A stretch of DNA of 63,325 nt, filler included, from Collodictyon triciliatum (GCA_043381765.1; 6 parts of 6 records of this genome joined end to end with filler, not necessarily neighbours in it); one strand, 5' to 3'; positions 37,966-51,481 are shown, counted from the whole stretch's first letter. Notes: generated by a model from the letters alone, not told the origin. Translations and numbers: made by a program.

Positions 37966-40375
37966 ATGGCCGAGCATTTTACGAAAGCAAACGCCCTGTT
38001 TGTGGAAGAAAACTACGACGATGCGTTGGAATCATACAACTTGGCAGTTGAAGAGCAACCGAACAAGGTTGAGTTTTACATCCACCGCGCTGCGTGCCAC
38101 GATAAACTCGGAAACCACCTCGGTAACTCAACATATTTCCGACTCACTTCCCTCTTTTTTTTTCTTTCTATACTGCAAACAATATCATACTTGAACTCCT
38201 TTTTCGTTTTTTTTTTTTTTTAGTTGCTGTTGATTCTTCCACAATTACTGAAACATAGTCAATGTCATGATGTGATGGTGTTACAAAAACTGACTGCAAG
38301 GCTCATAGTTGGATTGGCGTTCGAAGGAGACACTCAAGTTGTAGTACTGACGAGCTTTCGTATACGTAGATTCTCTGGAAGACGCCAATGTTGCATTGAA
38401 ACTCGATCCCGAGAACGCCAAAGCTACCTTCCGCAAAGGGTTCTTGCATATTTCCTATCCCCATTCAGGACTTGTTATCTGTCCCCTCAACAATCACGAT
38501 ACCCAATCATCCAACCCACAGACACCTCTATAACATGGCAGACTGCATTACGCCTATTTTCATCTATGGACTTATTAGACTAATTGTTCTCTTCCATAAC
38601 TGCCACTTTTCGACAGAGTCGCTCTCTTCCAGCTGGAAGAATACCAAACAGCAAAGGCTGCCCTGGAGAAGGCCAAAGCACTTGATGCCTCTCTCCCGAA
38701 CCTTGTCACATGGCTGCGCAAATGCGAGGCTGAAATCCAGAGCGAGAGTGCCACAGAGACCTCTGCAAAGAAGCCTGCCACTGAAGTGAAGCCCGTGCCT
38801 TCGCAAACAACACAACCCCCTGCTTCTGTAGTCTCGTCCTCTTCGTCTACTCCTGCATCTGCATCTGCATCTGCATCCACACCTGCTCCTGCTGCTCCTG
38901 CCAAATTCAGGTATGCAACTTCAGCAACCAGTCTTTTGTTTTCTGATGGCTGCAACAACAAACTCAACTCACGTTTTCCGATATTTACATTATACTCGTT
39001 TGTATAAGACGAAAGAAACCTATGTGCATCCTTTTTATTGTTGGTTTTGCTTCTACTTATACAGACATGAGTGGTATCAGAATCAAAACTTCGTTTACGT
39101 CACCATTTTTGCAAAGAACGTAGCTGCTCAGGACCTGGCCGTTAACATCCAACCGAAAAACGTATGTTCTGCTTTTCCTTTTTTTTTTCTCTCTTTTTTT
39201 TTATTACTCGAAGAAATATCCAACTGCTTTATTTGTATGATAAGGTCGTGTATAAAGAAATTGTAATCACATATGATGTCTTTGTCTCCAGCTGGATGTT
39301 ACCATAAAAACATCCTCTTCCAGTGACATTACATTCAACTTCGACCTTTGTTGCGAGGTAGCTTTTAATAAATCAGGCCCTCTCAATCAATCACTTGAGC
39401 TGCCACCCGGTGTGTGCTCTCTACAGGGAAATTCAGTATATAAACCAATCACATTCTCGTCAGGTTGACCCTACTGGAAGCTCCTTTGAGCGTCTATCTA
39501 CCAAGGTTGAGATCAAGCTGAAGAAGGTTGAGTTGATCAAATGGGAGAGTCTTGAGGCTCCAGAGAGTGCCGACGTCATTGCTGTCAGGCCCTGGGCTGA
39601 TACATCAAGTTAGAACCGACCCTGTCACCACCTGATCATTAATCCACAAATTACATACGCATCCGTGCGCATTTCTATGTATCAGGATATTAACATTTGC
39701 TTGTTTACCATTCACAATCTCAAACACTGACGTAGGCACGAACAAGCACGTATATCCTACATCCAGCAAAAAGAAGAAGGATTGGGATTCGCTCGAAAAG
39801 TACCCTCTGCCTTACTATTCCTTAATATATATGATATTTTCTTTCGTTTCTTTTCCATGCAACAAGCAAGAGAAAATAACTCTTATGTATATGATTGGCT
39901 AAATGACTTTGTAACCCAACAGTATTCTCCGCAACTCTACATTATCGGCTTTCTACTTGTGCTCATACTTGTATGTGTGATATCATTTACAGGGAGGCTG
40001 TGAAAGACGCAGAGGCTAGTATGTCGAGCGAGGAGAACCTCAACAAGTTTTTCCAGGATTTGTACAAGGGTGGAAATGAAGAGCTTCGCCGCGCCATGAA
40101 CAAATCATTTGTAATCCACCGACTGCTTTTTTTGTTTTTGTTTTTTCTTTTGTTTTTTGTTTTTGTTTTTGTTTTTGTTTTTTTGTTGTATCCATCTCGC
40201 GCCTCCTATTCAATGGCCAACACTGACTGGGCGCTGCATAAACTATCAAAAAAAAAATGTGTTAATGATCATATTCCAGGTGGAGTCTGACGGAACCGTA
40301 CTTTCCACCAACTGGTCTGAGGTCGGCTCAAAGAAGATCGAGCGACAGTCGTCCGACGAAAAGAAATCAAGCTAA
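37966..40375 (+). CDS. SGT1: SGT1 Hsp90 co-chaperone (TPR-CS-SGS)
   Basis: TPR (ANALFVEENYDDALESY), CS (RHEWYQNQNFVYVTIFAKN; LSTKVEIKLKK...WESLE), YPTSSKKKKDWD, and SGS ([33 protein letters not shown]). Confidence 0.95.
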
Positions 40376-40911
40376 GCAGAATATAACCGAGCACCTCGCC
40401 TTTATTTTTTACTTCTTTCTCTTTTGGCACATTCACTCCCAAGCAATTTTTTATTCCAAAGTTTATTCTCTCCGAAATCTCTTTTTCCTCTCATTTTTTT
40501 TTCCCCCCTTTCGCATCGAATAAATCGCGCATGACAAAGTAGAACTGGCACGCCCGCCACCCCACTGGGTTCTCTTGTGACCATATCCCGAAGCACTGAA
40601 TTCAAGGTTCAAGACAAACCAACATACGTAATTCTAGCACATTGACTAATAGTGCAGCCTTTTGAATGACAACAGCAGTAGTAAAAGAGTGCGAATCCTG
40701 GCCACACACAAATGTAATACACTATCTAATTTCCCCTTTTCTTGTTGATTTCTTTCCTATTTTCAGCTTCATGATAACCACAGAGTATTAAGTCAAAAAA
40801 AAAAGTGTGATGCTTGAAGGATGACAAACCGCAACTTCATCACATAGTGTATACACAACAAACATTTATTCGAGCAGCTCCTCGAATCCATGCAAAAGTT
40901 GCATTCGTCCA

Positions 40912-43658
40912 TCATTCAGCGCGAATCGCAGCTTCTGCAGCTGCCAAACCCGATGCTGCCTTCTGCTTCTTCCGCGGCGGGGACACATCGGCATCTCTGT
41001 TGGCCTCTTCCTCTTTGCCTCGGCTCGAATCAGCGGCACACTCTCCCGACTTTGCTCCGAGCGACTCGAGAATCTGCCGAGTCAATACCAGTGAATGAAT
41101 AAGTGGATTCTTTGCTGGTTGGCTCTCCTTCTCTCTGCCTCTTTTTTTTTTTCTTGATTCTTTAATTTTTTTTCTTTTCATGGCGCTTTCGCCCGTGGTA
41201 TGGAATCACCTTTTTCTTCCACTCTTCATGGTCGGACAGCTTCTTGTCGCTTCGGTCCCGCTGCAATCGATGGAGCTTCACCTGTTTGTTTTTCGTGAGG
41301 AAAGTGCAAAGCTGTGTGAGCAAAAAAGGTGATGAAAAGAAAATGGTCATCCTCGAGAAAATGGTTCTTATTGGAAGAAAAGAAAAAGAGGAAGTCAGAC
41401 GACGCTTTCACTTTCTCACATATTCCTGCGACAGAGCTTTTTTGCCCGTCTCAACATTCGGGTTTCTGTCCTCCTGGTCTTTCGGGCCTGGGACAACATC
41501 CCCGCGTGCAAGCTCTCCCTTGTCAGGTGTTGCATCCTCTTCTTGCAGCATCTCTTGGTCTGAGGAAGGAAGGAAGGGAAGGAAGGGAGTCAAAGACAAG
41601 GCACAGAAAGAATCATCAATGTCCCTCCTAAAGGAATCATGATTCATGGGCACCTGTTCGCTTCCGCTTGACACCAACGACGTCAAAGCAAAGATCCAGA
41701 ATGTCTTCGCAAACCTGAAAGGATGATTTAGATAGAATTCAGTTAAAATGGTGCGCAGACAAACAAATATACAAATAGATATAAAGTAGGATGGAAGGAC
41801 GAGGCCGAGTGTGTGTAGAGTATTGAAAATGAACCGATGCGATATATGTTACACCTTTGATAGTTCCTGTTGGGTAACATTGGAGGCACCCAGCATCTGT
41901 TTCTTGTCGACGCGAATCTGTGTGGATAGATAAGTATGGTTCATTCATTTGCAAATACATACTAGGTCATGCATCCTCAGTCATTACTTGGAAAAATAGA
42001 ACAAGTGTGAGCGATGCAGCACAAACTTGACATCCAAATGTACATTCAAGAGAATAGTTGATAAAAACAAAACAAAAAGAAATGTGTGAGATAGTCGAGG
42101 GCGAAGGAAGAGATAACAAAAGGGCAACTTCTGCCATTGATTGCCTCTATTGATGCAGGGAAGAGATAATCACCTTCATTTTTTTCGATGCCAGATAGAA
42201 GCAAGCTATGGGATAAACAGGTCGTTGCAGATCCAAGTATTGTCGCTGGTGGTCGCTCATCCCCTTTGTGAAGCGAGAAGTATATCTGTGAGACGAATCA
42301 TATGTTAGACCTTTCCTCATCGAACCCGAATGTTTATATGCTACCTTAGATAAGCATTTGCAAAAGAAAATTGTTGGTATCATGGTAATATAAAATAAAT
42401 AAGAGTATTATGTAAAAAAAAAAAATATATGGATTATATTCCTATAAAAACCTAAAATTACAAACATACTCTTTGAGCACGGTGTCAGCCAAAGGGACAA
42501 GTCTCACGCATCCGTACTGGATTGCAAGTTCTTTCAGTGTAACCACTGGTCTATTGTTGAAATGATAACATATTCAGAGAGGGATTGTAAAAGAGCCGTG
42601 CTGACCCTGGTCTGGAAAATGTGATTTGTGCACAATAACAAACTGAAGGAATTGCAATACAGAGTAATATTATCCAGCGCATGAAAATTAGGAATCATGG
42701 GTATTGAAGCAGAGTACGACATAAAAATATGCGCAGTACAAGCAACCCTTCTTTTTTTTAAAAAAAAAAAATGCTAATAAAGTGTTCCTATAAGAACCAA
42801 TCGAGGACAAACTTTATGTTGAGTATGTTTTGAAGCTTCGTCAATGCTTGGCGATAGATTTTTTCGTTAAGCCCCGATATCGAAATGGCCTCTTTGCGAC
42901 TGATTTTCTCCTCTGTTCTGGATTTGTATCAAATAACGACGTGCAACATCAATGGGGGAAAGAAATAGAGGGTTGCTTTTATCTCTGTTTCTATGGGAAT
43001 ATTTGCTTGTTTTTGTTGTTTGTTGTTGTTGTTTACGAGGTCAATTTATGGGTTTTACGGGAAAGAATAATACAATTGTGTTGCGATATCGACACATATC
43101 AAGGAGCGACCCAACTCACCCTGGTGTGAGTATTAGAAAAATATCAAAAAATTGCGCATACTTGCAATGATAATTGTTTTAAGAATGAAGAGTTCTATGA
43201 ATCGAATAAAGGGGGAAAAAGAATGAAGAGTCAAAATGACTGCTGTAATAGAAGCTGTTAGAAGTAATAATTTGAGATATGATCTTCAATTTTTGTAGCG
43301 TTATTAAATCCTTGTGTCTTTTTCGTTCATCATTTATCAAAAAGCAAAGAACCGGGCCAAGACCACCAGGGCATCGAACTTTAGACAAACTATAATTTCA
43401 TTCAGCAAATCCATAAGCCAGACTATTGTAATCCATTTCACAAGGTTTTGTTCTTTTTGTTCTTTTTGTTCTTTTTGTTCTTTTTGTTCTTTTTGTTCTT
43501 TTTGTTCTTTTTGTTCTTTTTGTTCTTTTTGTTCTTTTTGTTCTTTTTGTTCTTTTTTTCGTTTTTATAAAAAAGGAATACCGGAAGAGTTCCTCCGACT
43601 TAGAGCGGAGTTCGCCGCTTTGGACACCAAGTCTGCGGAATATAGTCTGGAAGTCCAT
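40912..43658 (-). CDS. ORC6: Origin recognition complex subunit 6
   Basis: Spliced: MDFQTIFRRLGV..LRSKSEELFRLSKVRC..GELGRSLICVDIA..ISGLNEKIYRQALTKLQNILNI..ELAIQYGC..ACFYLASKKMKIRVDK..DLCFDVVG, plus the C-terminal D-x-EEWK-x-K-IL motif (DHEEWKKK|IL) typical of Orc6. Confidence 0.85.
43447..43557. repeat. (TTCTTTTTG)n repeat in an ORC6 intron
   Basis: Direct reading. Confidence 0.95.
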
Positions 43659-44258
43659 TTGCGCTCTGCGGATTATCTAACTATTTTGTGTTATTTAACA
43701 CAAAATCAGACAACCCCTTTCGCCTTTATCTTCCAATCTCCTAAAATCATCTTCTTCCCCTCAATACTTCGCCTTTGGCTGCCATCGCATGTGCCTACGC
43801 CCGGCGTCGTTGTACGTGAATCCCTTCCGTTTGTGTGCTGATTCATTTTTTGTTCGCTCAGTGTTACAGCTTTTTGAATATTTGGATTTTTGAATCGGTT
43901 TTACATTTTTGGAATATTTAATTGATAAACTTTTAGTACTCATCAGAATGATGGACAACATAAATGTATCTGAAAAATGTATTGATATATAACTATATAG
44001 CTTATGTATCAACAATAAAGGGAAGATGTAGATTGCAGTTGTTTTTTTCAGTATATGGAGCTTCCACCCTCGCCCCAGTGGAATGAACATATGCTATCCA
44101 CAAATGGATAATTTACGGATACGGAAAGTATCCGTTTTGCATGTGGCTGGAATAAAGCTCGTCACAAATCGCCACATTTCCGGCAGAAAAGCAAGGAAGG
44201 CCCGCTCTTCATATTTCCCGGTTGCACGAAGCAGCCACGCCAAAGGACGGCCACACAT

Positions 44259-44318
44259 TCCCAATCAACCTTCACTGTGCCATAAAGACAAACGCGGATA
44301 AGAAAGAACCAATCACGC
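44259..44318 (+). promoter_or_regulatory. Two CCAAT boxes in the divergent ORC6/transketolase intergenic region
   Basis: CCAATCA at 44261-44267 and 44309-44315, upstream of a probable transketolase 5'-UTR intron (~44372-44619). Confidence 0.4.
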
Positions 44319-44645
44319 TGTGTCTCTTCGATATCCAGTGCCTGTCTTTAATAGCGTCCACTGTGCTTCTGGTCATTGATCTTCTTTCTCAATTTTTTTT
44401 TTCTATTTTGTCTTATTTTTTTTCTTTGTTGTCATAATTATAGTTTGACCTTTTCCTTTGTTACACCAGAGGCTGTACAACCTTTATATATATTTATTCT
44501 ATTTTATACTTATTATGTCTAAAATTCATTTGAATTGCTTCTTTTCTTCTAACAAGCAGCCGAAACTATTTGAAGCGCGCATGTGTGTGCTTTGTCAATA
44601 ATTAACATCCTACAAACAGATCGAGCATCAAAGCAAAGAGCAACC

Positions 44646-47600
44646 ATGTCCACCAACATCGATCAGTTGTGCATCAACACAATCCGCGTCCTTTCTGCTG
44701 ATGTTGTCCAAAAGGCAAACTCTGGCCATCCTGGTTTGTCCTGACTTTGTTCACTTGCTTCTCTCCAACTAATATAAGCGTCAAAAAAAAAAAACTCCAA
44801 AAACAACTCCAAAAAAAACAAACCGCAAAAAACAACTCCAAAAACAACTCCAAAAAAAACAACTCCAAAAAAAAACAACTCCAAAAAAAAACAACTCCAN
44901 NNNNNNNNNNNNNNNNNNNNNNNNNNNNNNNNNNNNNNNNNNNNNNNNNNNNNNNNNNNNNNNNNNNNNNNNNNNNNNNNNNNNNNNNNNNNNNNNNNNC
45001 AAAAACAACTCCAAAAAAAACAAACCGCAAAAAACAACTCCAAAAACAACTCCAAAAACAACTCCAAAAAAAAAAACAACTCCAAAAAAAAACAACTCCA
45101 AAAAACAAACCGCAAAAAACAACTCCAAAAACAACTCCAAAAACAACTCCAAAAACAACTCCAAAAAAACAACTCCAAAAAAACAACTCCAAAAAAACAA
45201 CTCCAAAAAAACAACTCCAAAAAACAGCTCCAAAAAACAGCTCCAAAAAACAGCTCCAAAAAACAGCTCCAAAAAACAGCTCCAAAAACAACTCCAAAAA
45301 ACAAACCGCAAAGAAATAAATATCCAAAAATAACTTGTTCCAGAAGACGTCCCATAGACTTTCCATATTCCTATTGCTCTGCTATTACGAAAATACACAA
45401 AGACACTCACCGAATCTATGCTCACAGGTGCCCCGATGGGCTGCGCACCCATGGCTCACGTTCTGTGGAACCGTGTCATGAAATACTCGCCCGAGAACCC
45501 CAAATGGGTGCGTTTAATCCTCCTCGCATTTACAAAGCGTATATCTTATCGCATAATGGCATAATTTGCTTCTTATCTCAAGCGAGAGTCCCTACGTTGA
45601 CCAAATTATACACTTGTTAACAACATCGCATATTCAGTTCGGACGCGACCGCTTTGTGCTCTCCAACGGCCACGCCTGTGCTTTGCAGTATGTGATGCTC
45701 CATCTCTCTGGTTACGATCTCTCGATGGAAGATCTGAAGGCCTTCCGCCAGAGCGACAGCAGGTTTACAATTCATAGAACTGGGGAGAGACATTAATAAC
45801 ACTGAATAACAATGTTGTAATAATGGTAGCATATGAACCATCATTTGAATTATCATGGGAAAATATCTCTTTTTTTTTTGTTTTGCTCTTCTTTCCAACA
45901 GAATACTTACACAAACCCATGCAGGACCCCTGGACATCCCGAAAACTTCATTACACCAGGTTAGTGGTTGGCTCTTCATTCCTGCGGTGATACCCATGAC
46001 AGTAATTCAGATTCCTTCCTATTCATTTAAACCCTGCCATATGTTGTTTTCAATACCAGGAGTCGAGGTTTCTACGGGTCCTCTTGGGCAAGGTTTACAT
46101 AATTGAGTGCAAACTCATCTTACCTTTAATTATGATCAGTATCCATGTTACCCTTATTGTTGTTATCATTTTTTTTTTAATTCTCGGTAGACAGCGGCTC
46201 AATTTTCATGCCGCACTTGTGTATCTTTTCTCTTCATCGCACCTATTGCGCATTTTGTGAATAGATATATTTGGGTACACTTTACTCTTATAGGACTGAC
46301 CAACGCCGTCGGTCTTGCGATGGCTGAGCGTCACTTTGCCACGAAGTTTAACACCGCAGACTTCCCTGATTTGATCGATAACTACACTTTTGTCATCTGC
46401 GGTGACGGTTGCCTTCAGGTCATTGTTTCCATGACTCAATAACTTCGTGTCTTACACATAATATGTAATTTATTGATAGTATGATAGGCAGTGAGCATTA
46501 GCTGCTTGATAGAAAATAATTAACAACATCCCATGTCTTTAAAGTTGTAATCCTTCTCTTTATGAGCCTAACCACTTCATCTCAATCTATATCTCTCTAT
46601 CTCGATATTCTAACTTGATAGGAAGGTATTACCAGCGAAGCCTCCTCTCTCGCTGGTCACTTGGGTCTTGGAAAGCTCATCGTTCTCTACGATGACAACC
46701 ACATCACTATTGACGGTAGCTTAACTTTTTTTTTTTACCTGACTCCTGCCACTTCGCATTGAGATGACTATATCGCCTATCTTCCCAGAATACACTTCAC
46801 CGCTCTCTTTTATACATCTAACGGTTCCTACTTCATCTCAAGGCCCCACTGACATTACGTTCACCGAGAATGTTCTTGGTCGTTATGAATCATATGGATG
46901 GCATACGCTTGTGGTCGAAGACGGTACTCCAACACTATGCTGTTTCTCGAATTTAATTAATAATAGATATCCAAGAAGCATTTTCTCTGCTGTCAACATC
47001 TCTGCAAAACCCAGAGTCAAGTTCCCAACATTTTGTTGATCCATCGGTATTTACTCAGGAAACAACGACTTTGAAGCCATCAACAAGGCGGTTGCTGAGG
47101 CCAAGAGTGTTACTGACAAGCCTTCCCTGATCAAAGTCAGGTACGTGAATAATGGTTTTCGATAGCATTATTTGAAAAATATAGAGGCAGCAGAGATGGG
47201 TTTCTTCTGATGCGCCCGATATGTCTGGAATCATGATTGTGCATGCCCATTCATGATTGTGGTATGTACCTATTCCAGAACTTACATCGGATTCGGCTCC
47301 ACCAAGCAAAACTCTGAGAAAGTCCATGGAGCACCGCTTGGCAAGGACGACGTGGTCTCTGTTAAGAAGACTTTTGGTTTCGACCCCGAAGCTCATTTCT
47401 TTGTTCCATCTGAAGTCACCAAGGTCTATGGTGAGTTAAAGGTTACAGGTGCAGTTCTCGAAGCTGAATGGAACAAAAAGTTCGATGCCTACAAAGCTGC
47501 CCACAGTGAGAAGGTATCCCTGAGTCACGAGGAAAACCCACACCCAATTTGCGACTTTTTCTTTTCCAAAATCAAATTATGATTATTTTTACATGTAAAC

Positions 47601-49506
47601 TTCATACAGTTTATCATCTCGAATTCTTATCTAATTAAATCCCATCACTTTGCATGCAAACCTTTGACAAAATTCTAAGTTTCGTGATATTCCATCGCAT
47701 CAGCCAAATATCGATTCCATCTAATATCCAAATCATATTGATAGGGCGCACTCCTTAAGCGACTGATCGACGGAGAACTCCCCCAAAACTGGCAATCCGC
47801 CCTCCCAACCTACGGACCATCTGATCCGGCCAAGGCCACCCGGTAATCACAGAAAACAAATAATAATAATAATTGTAATAATGTGTATTTGCTTTTTTGT
47901 ATGAACTGGTGCAGCCAAAATGAAGAGGAAAATAATCCTTGCATTTTTCCAATCACATCGCAATTCATAGCCAACTGTCAGAAATCTGCATCAACCATCT
48001 TGCGCAGGTGAAATTAATTAGAACGGCGTTGCTATTTTCCATCCGACATATCAATTTAACTGGAATTATGGGCTTAGTACTTTTATATACTATAACAGTA
48101 AGTGTTTTCATGCACTATTCTTTTAAGCTTAATAGTTCTCATCATATGTCAGGTTCTCCCTGAGTTCATTGGAGGCTCTGCCGACTTGGCTGGTTCCAAT
48201 CTGACTGATATCAAAGGAGAGAAGGATTTCAGCAAGGTTTCCTTCCAATATGAATTTTTTTTTTCAATGCACCCTCTTTTTATGTGTGTATATTTTCGTG
48301 AATAATGAGCGACCAAAGCCAGCCATATCATCAACAAGACTCTTTTCTTAACTATGGAGGATATTCTACCAAATCAATCGCAGTCCAAACTCTGAGAGTT
48401 ACAAAAGAAGCTCTCCCAAAAATCCCACCTCGTAAATTGACACGCCCTTCTCACACAGGAACACTACGATGGCCGCATCATCCGATTCGGAGTGCGTGAA
48501 CACGGTTTGTTGTGACTTTTCTGACTTTGCTGCCCGTTTACCGACCGTCACCAATGTCGCCCACAAAGACATATGTATCTTCTGTAGAAGGGGAGAAAAC
48601 AGAGAAATATGCGAATGCAATCCCAGCTCTTCACATATCACCAACACTGATATTTACTACTTTGTCTTTTGTTCGTTTGGTTTTTGTGTATTTTTTTCTG
48701 TATCCTTGAATTAATCAGCCATGGCTGCCATTTGCAATGGAATGCACGCATACGGAGGAGTGATTCCCTTCTGCGCTACATTCCTGACTTTTGTTGGGTA
48801 CTGTGCTGGAGCCATCCGCCTGAGCGCGCTCAGCCACCACCAAGTCATCTACGTCATGACGCACGACTCCATCGGCCTCGGCGAAGACGGCCCGACTCAC
48901 CAGCCAATCGAGACTATCCCCCACTTGCGCACCATGCCCAGGATGTACACCTACCGCCCAGCCGACGGAAATGAGGTATATTCAACAACACGATTAACAT
49001 AATGGATATTTTTTGTATTTATTTGTTTTATTATTATGATTCTATCTTCTTTCGCACGCTGTCTCCCAGCTTCATCTCGCGGCGCAATATATAACCCATT
49101 TTATCTTTGTCTTCGATTGCCACGACTGGAATTTTCCTAGATTATTGGTTATAGTTTACCTATTTATTTACACAGCCCTCCATTCTCAAGGAAATTATCA
49201 CCTGTGAGTTATTTTTAACGCTACTTTCCTTTTTTTTTTCTTCCTTTACTTGGGCAGGTAACTGCTGCGTACGTCAAGGCCATCTCCAGCCGTGACCGAC
49301 CCACCACTCTGTGCCTTTCTCGCCAGCCTTTGCCTTCTCTGGCCGGAAGCAGCGTGGAGAGTGCACTCAAAGGTATGTCCCACTGAATCGCAATAGTTCC
49401 TATTGTTAATCGGAGTTTATTTTTTTGGTTGGAGTTGTTGCTCGTATTCCATCTTATCAATGCACCCCAATCTGTGTCTTACTTTTCCCAATTTTTTAAA
49501 ATTTCA

Positions 49507-49592
<86 letters not shown>

Positions 49593-50230
49593 AGTAAAAT
49601 CCAAAATCTAATAAAGGTGCATACGTGCTCCGCGACACTGCTGAAACCCCCGATGTCATCCTCATCTCCACTGGTTCCGAGGTTTCTCTCTGTCAGGAGG
49701 TCGCTGCTGCCCTTTCCGATCTCAAGGTTCGCTTTCGCTCTGATTTCTATTCACTCTCCTTCGGTATGATTCACATTTTCATTCAACTCGATGAAACTCC
49801 AGATTGCTAAGACGACTCTTAAGAACCTTTTTTTTATTTATTTTTTCTTATTTTTCTCTGTTCCCTTTTTTCCTTTTATATATTGTCTTTCTCTATTATA
49901 CTGAATAACAAAATGAAACTTTCTGGGCACCATCACGCTCAAGTGTATGGTTGCTCCGTCTTCAAATGAACTCCTCGAATTTGCTATAGAGTCCTTTATG
50001 TATGCCTTTGTAATTGTTTGTGTCGCTCATATTTCTCCGCTCAACAAAAATATCTCTGCGCTTGCAGGTTCGCATCATCTCCGCTCCGTGCCTTGAAGTC
50101 TTCGACGAGCAATCTCTTGAATACCAGCAGTCACTCTACACCCCCGGCGTTCCTGTAAGCTCGAACACTTGCAAACTTTTTCTTCAATAGTATACAACAA
50201 ATGATTATTTCTCTTCAGCAATTTTTTATT

Positions 50231-50322
<92 letters not shown>

Positions 50323-51033
50323 TAATTCTTCCATATCGTCTTGTTCCTCCCTCTCTGTCCCTTAAAAATACATACGTACATATTTCATTTGTCATTGCGT
50401 GCAGGTTGTCAGCGTTGAGGCTGCCGCAACGTTCGGCTGGCACAAGGTGATTATCGCATATGCATGCATTTGCTTTTGCTTTTTGCAGTGTACTATCTCA
50501 TATCTTTTTTTTCTTTTTAACTCTTTTCTGTATTAAACAAAACGTAACCCGCTGTTGTGCTCGCAGTATGCCCACGTGCCGATCGGAATCGACCGCTTCG
50601 GTGCCTCTGCCCCCATCAAGGAGGTCTACAAGAAGGTCGGCCTGACCGTCGATGTTGTCGCCCACAAAGTCCGCGCGACCGTTGCCCACTACAAAGGAAA
50701 TGCTCCGCAGCTGCTGAACCGGTCTGTGCTTATCACCCGAAAAACAGATTTGATTTTTTTCTCTTTATCACCCACTCACTCATTCGCCCAATCTTTTGCT
50801 CCTCGTTGTATATTTAATATTTAATACGTTATTTTCTGTCATGTCGTCCACGCACGCAATCAATACCTACTTCTATCTCACCGCAAATAGAAAGCCATGT
50901 GATTCAATCCACACACATGCCCTCATATATATACAGTTTTGTTTACGTCAACATATTTTGCGAGTGTGATGGTGGCTTGGCGGTGTCTTCATGCGATACT
51001 AACGCTCTTTTCCGCGCGTTCAGCATCTTCTAA
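44646..51033 (+). CDS. TKT: Transketolase (TPP-dependent); 21 exons, ~2.05 kb CDS
   Basis: [99 protein letters not shown]. The final 10-nt exon follows a TACTAAC branch site. Confidence 0.97.
44783..45310. repeat. Compound minisatellite (AnCAACTCC / AnCAGCTCC / AnCAAACCGC) in the first coding intron of transketolase
   Basis: Direct reading; 12-16-bp variant units around a gap. Confidence 0.93.
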
Positions 51034-51481
51034 AGTGCGTCACTGCCATCCTGCCCTGTCCCGTCTGAAGGAATGCCCGCTCCTTCTTCCTTCAACCCCC
51101 CACACCACAGACACGAAGTTCGGCCCCACGAAAGGCGACGCAAAGGAAAATAGAGGCAAGAATAAAGAACAAAGAATACAGATTATTTTTTCCTCTTCTG
51201 CAGGGTTGGTATCTTTCGGCGAACATCCACTCCTCCCTTTTCCACATATGGGAATAAGAATGAAAGCAAGACCACGGCCGAACCTCGTCTTGGATTCTTT
51301 CTCCTGCTCCGTTCCTCTTTTGTTCGTGAATACTGGGCGAAGTGGACACGTATGCGCTGTTCCTTCGAGCACGAGTTGTTCTTGTTTGTCGGTGAGAGAG
51401 GCTCGTGTGGGCGAATAGCAGCTGAGAAAAGCCGAGATTCTTTTCATTATTCTTTTATGTATTTCTGCTTGTTCTTTCCAC

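Noticed and set aside
44053..44645. TPP riboswitch upstream of transketolase
   Set aside because: No CUGAGA or ACCUGA aptamer motifs; the hairpin element is reported separately without this label.
44783..45310. Variant-unit array as a CRISPR-like or telomeric array
   Set aside because: No unique spacers, eukaryotic intronic context, and units differ mainly in A-run length.
47514..47744. Transketolase intron with a GTATCCCT donor as a possible U12 intron
   Set aside because: No TCCTTAAC-type branch site near the acceptor; a U2-like CTAAT is present and donors here are generally degenerate.
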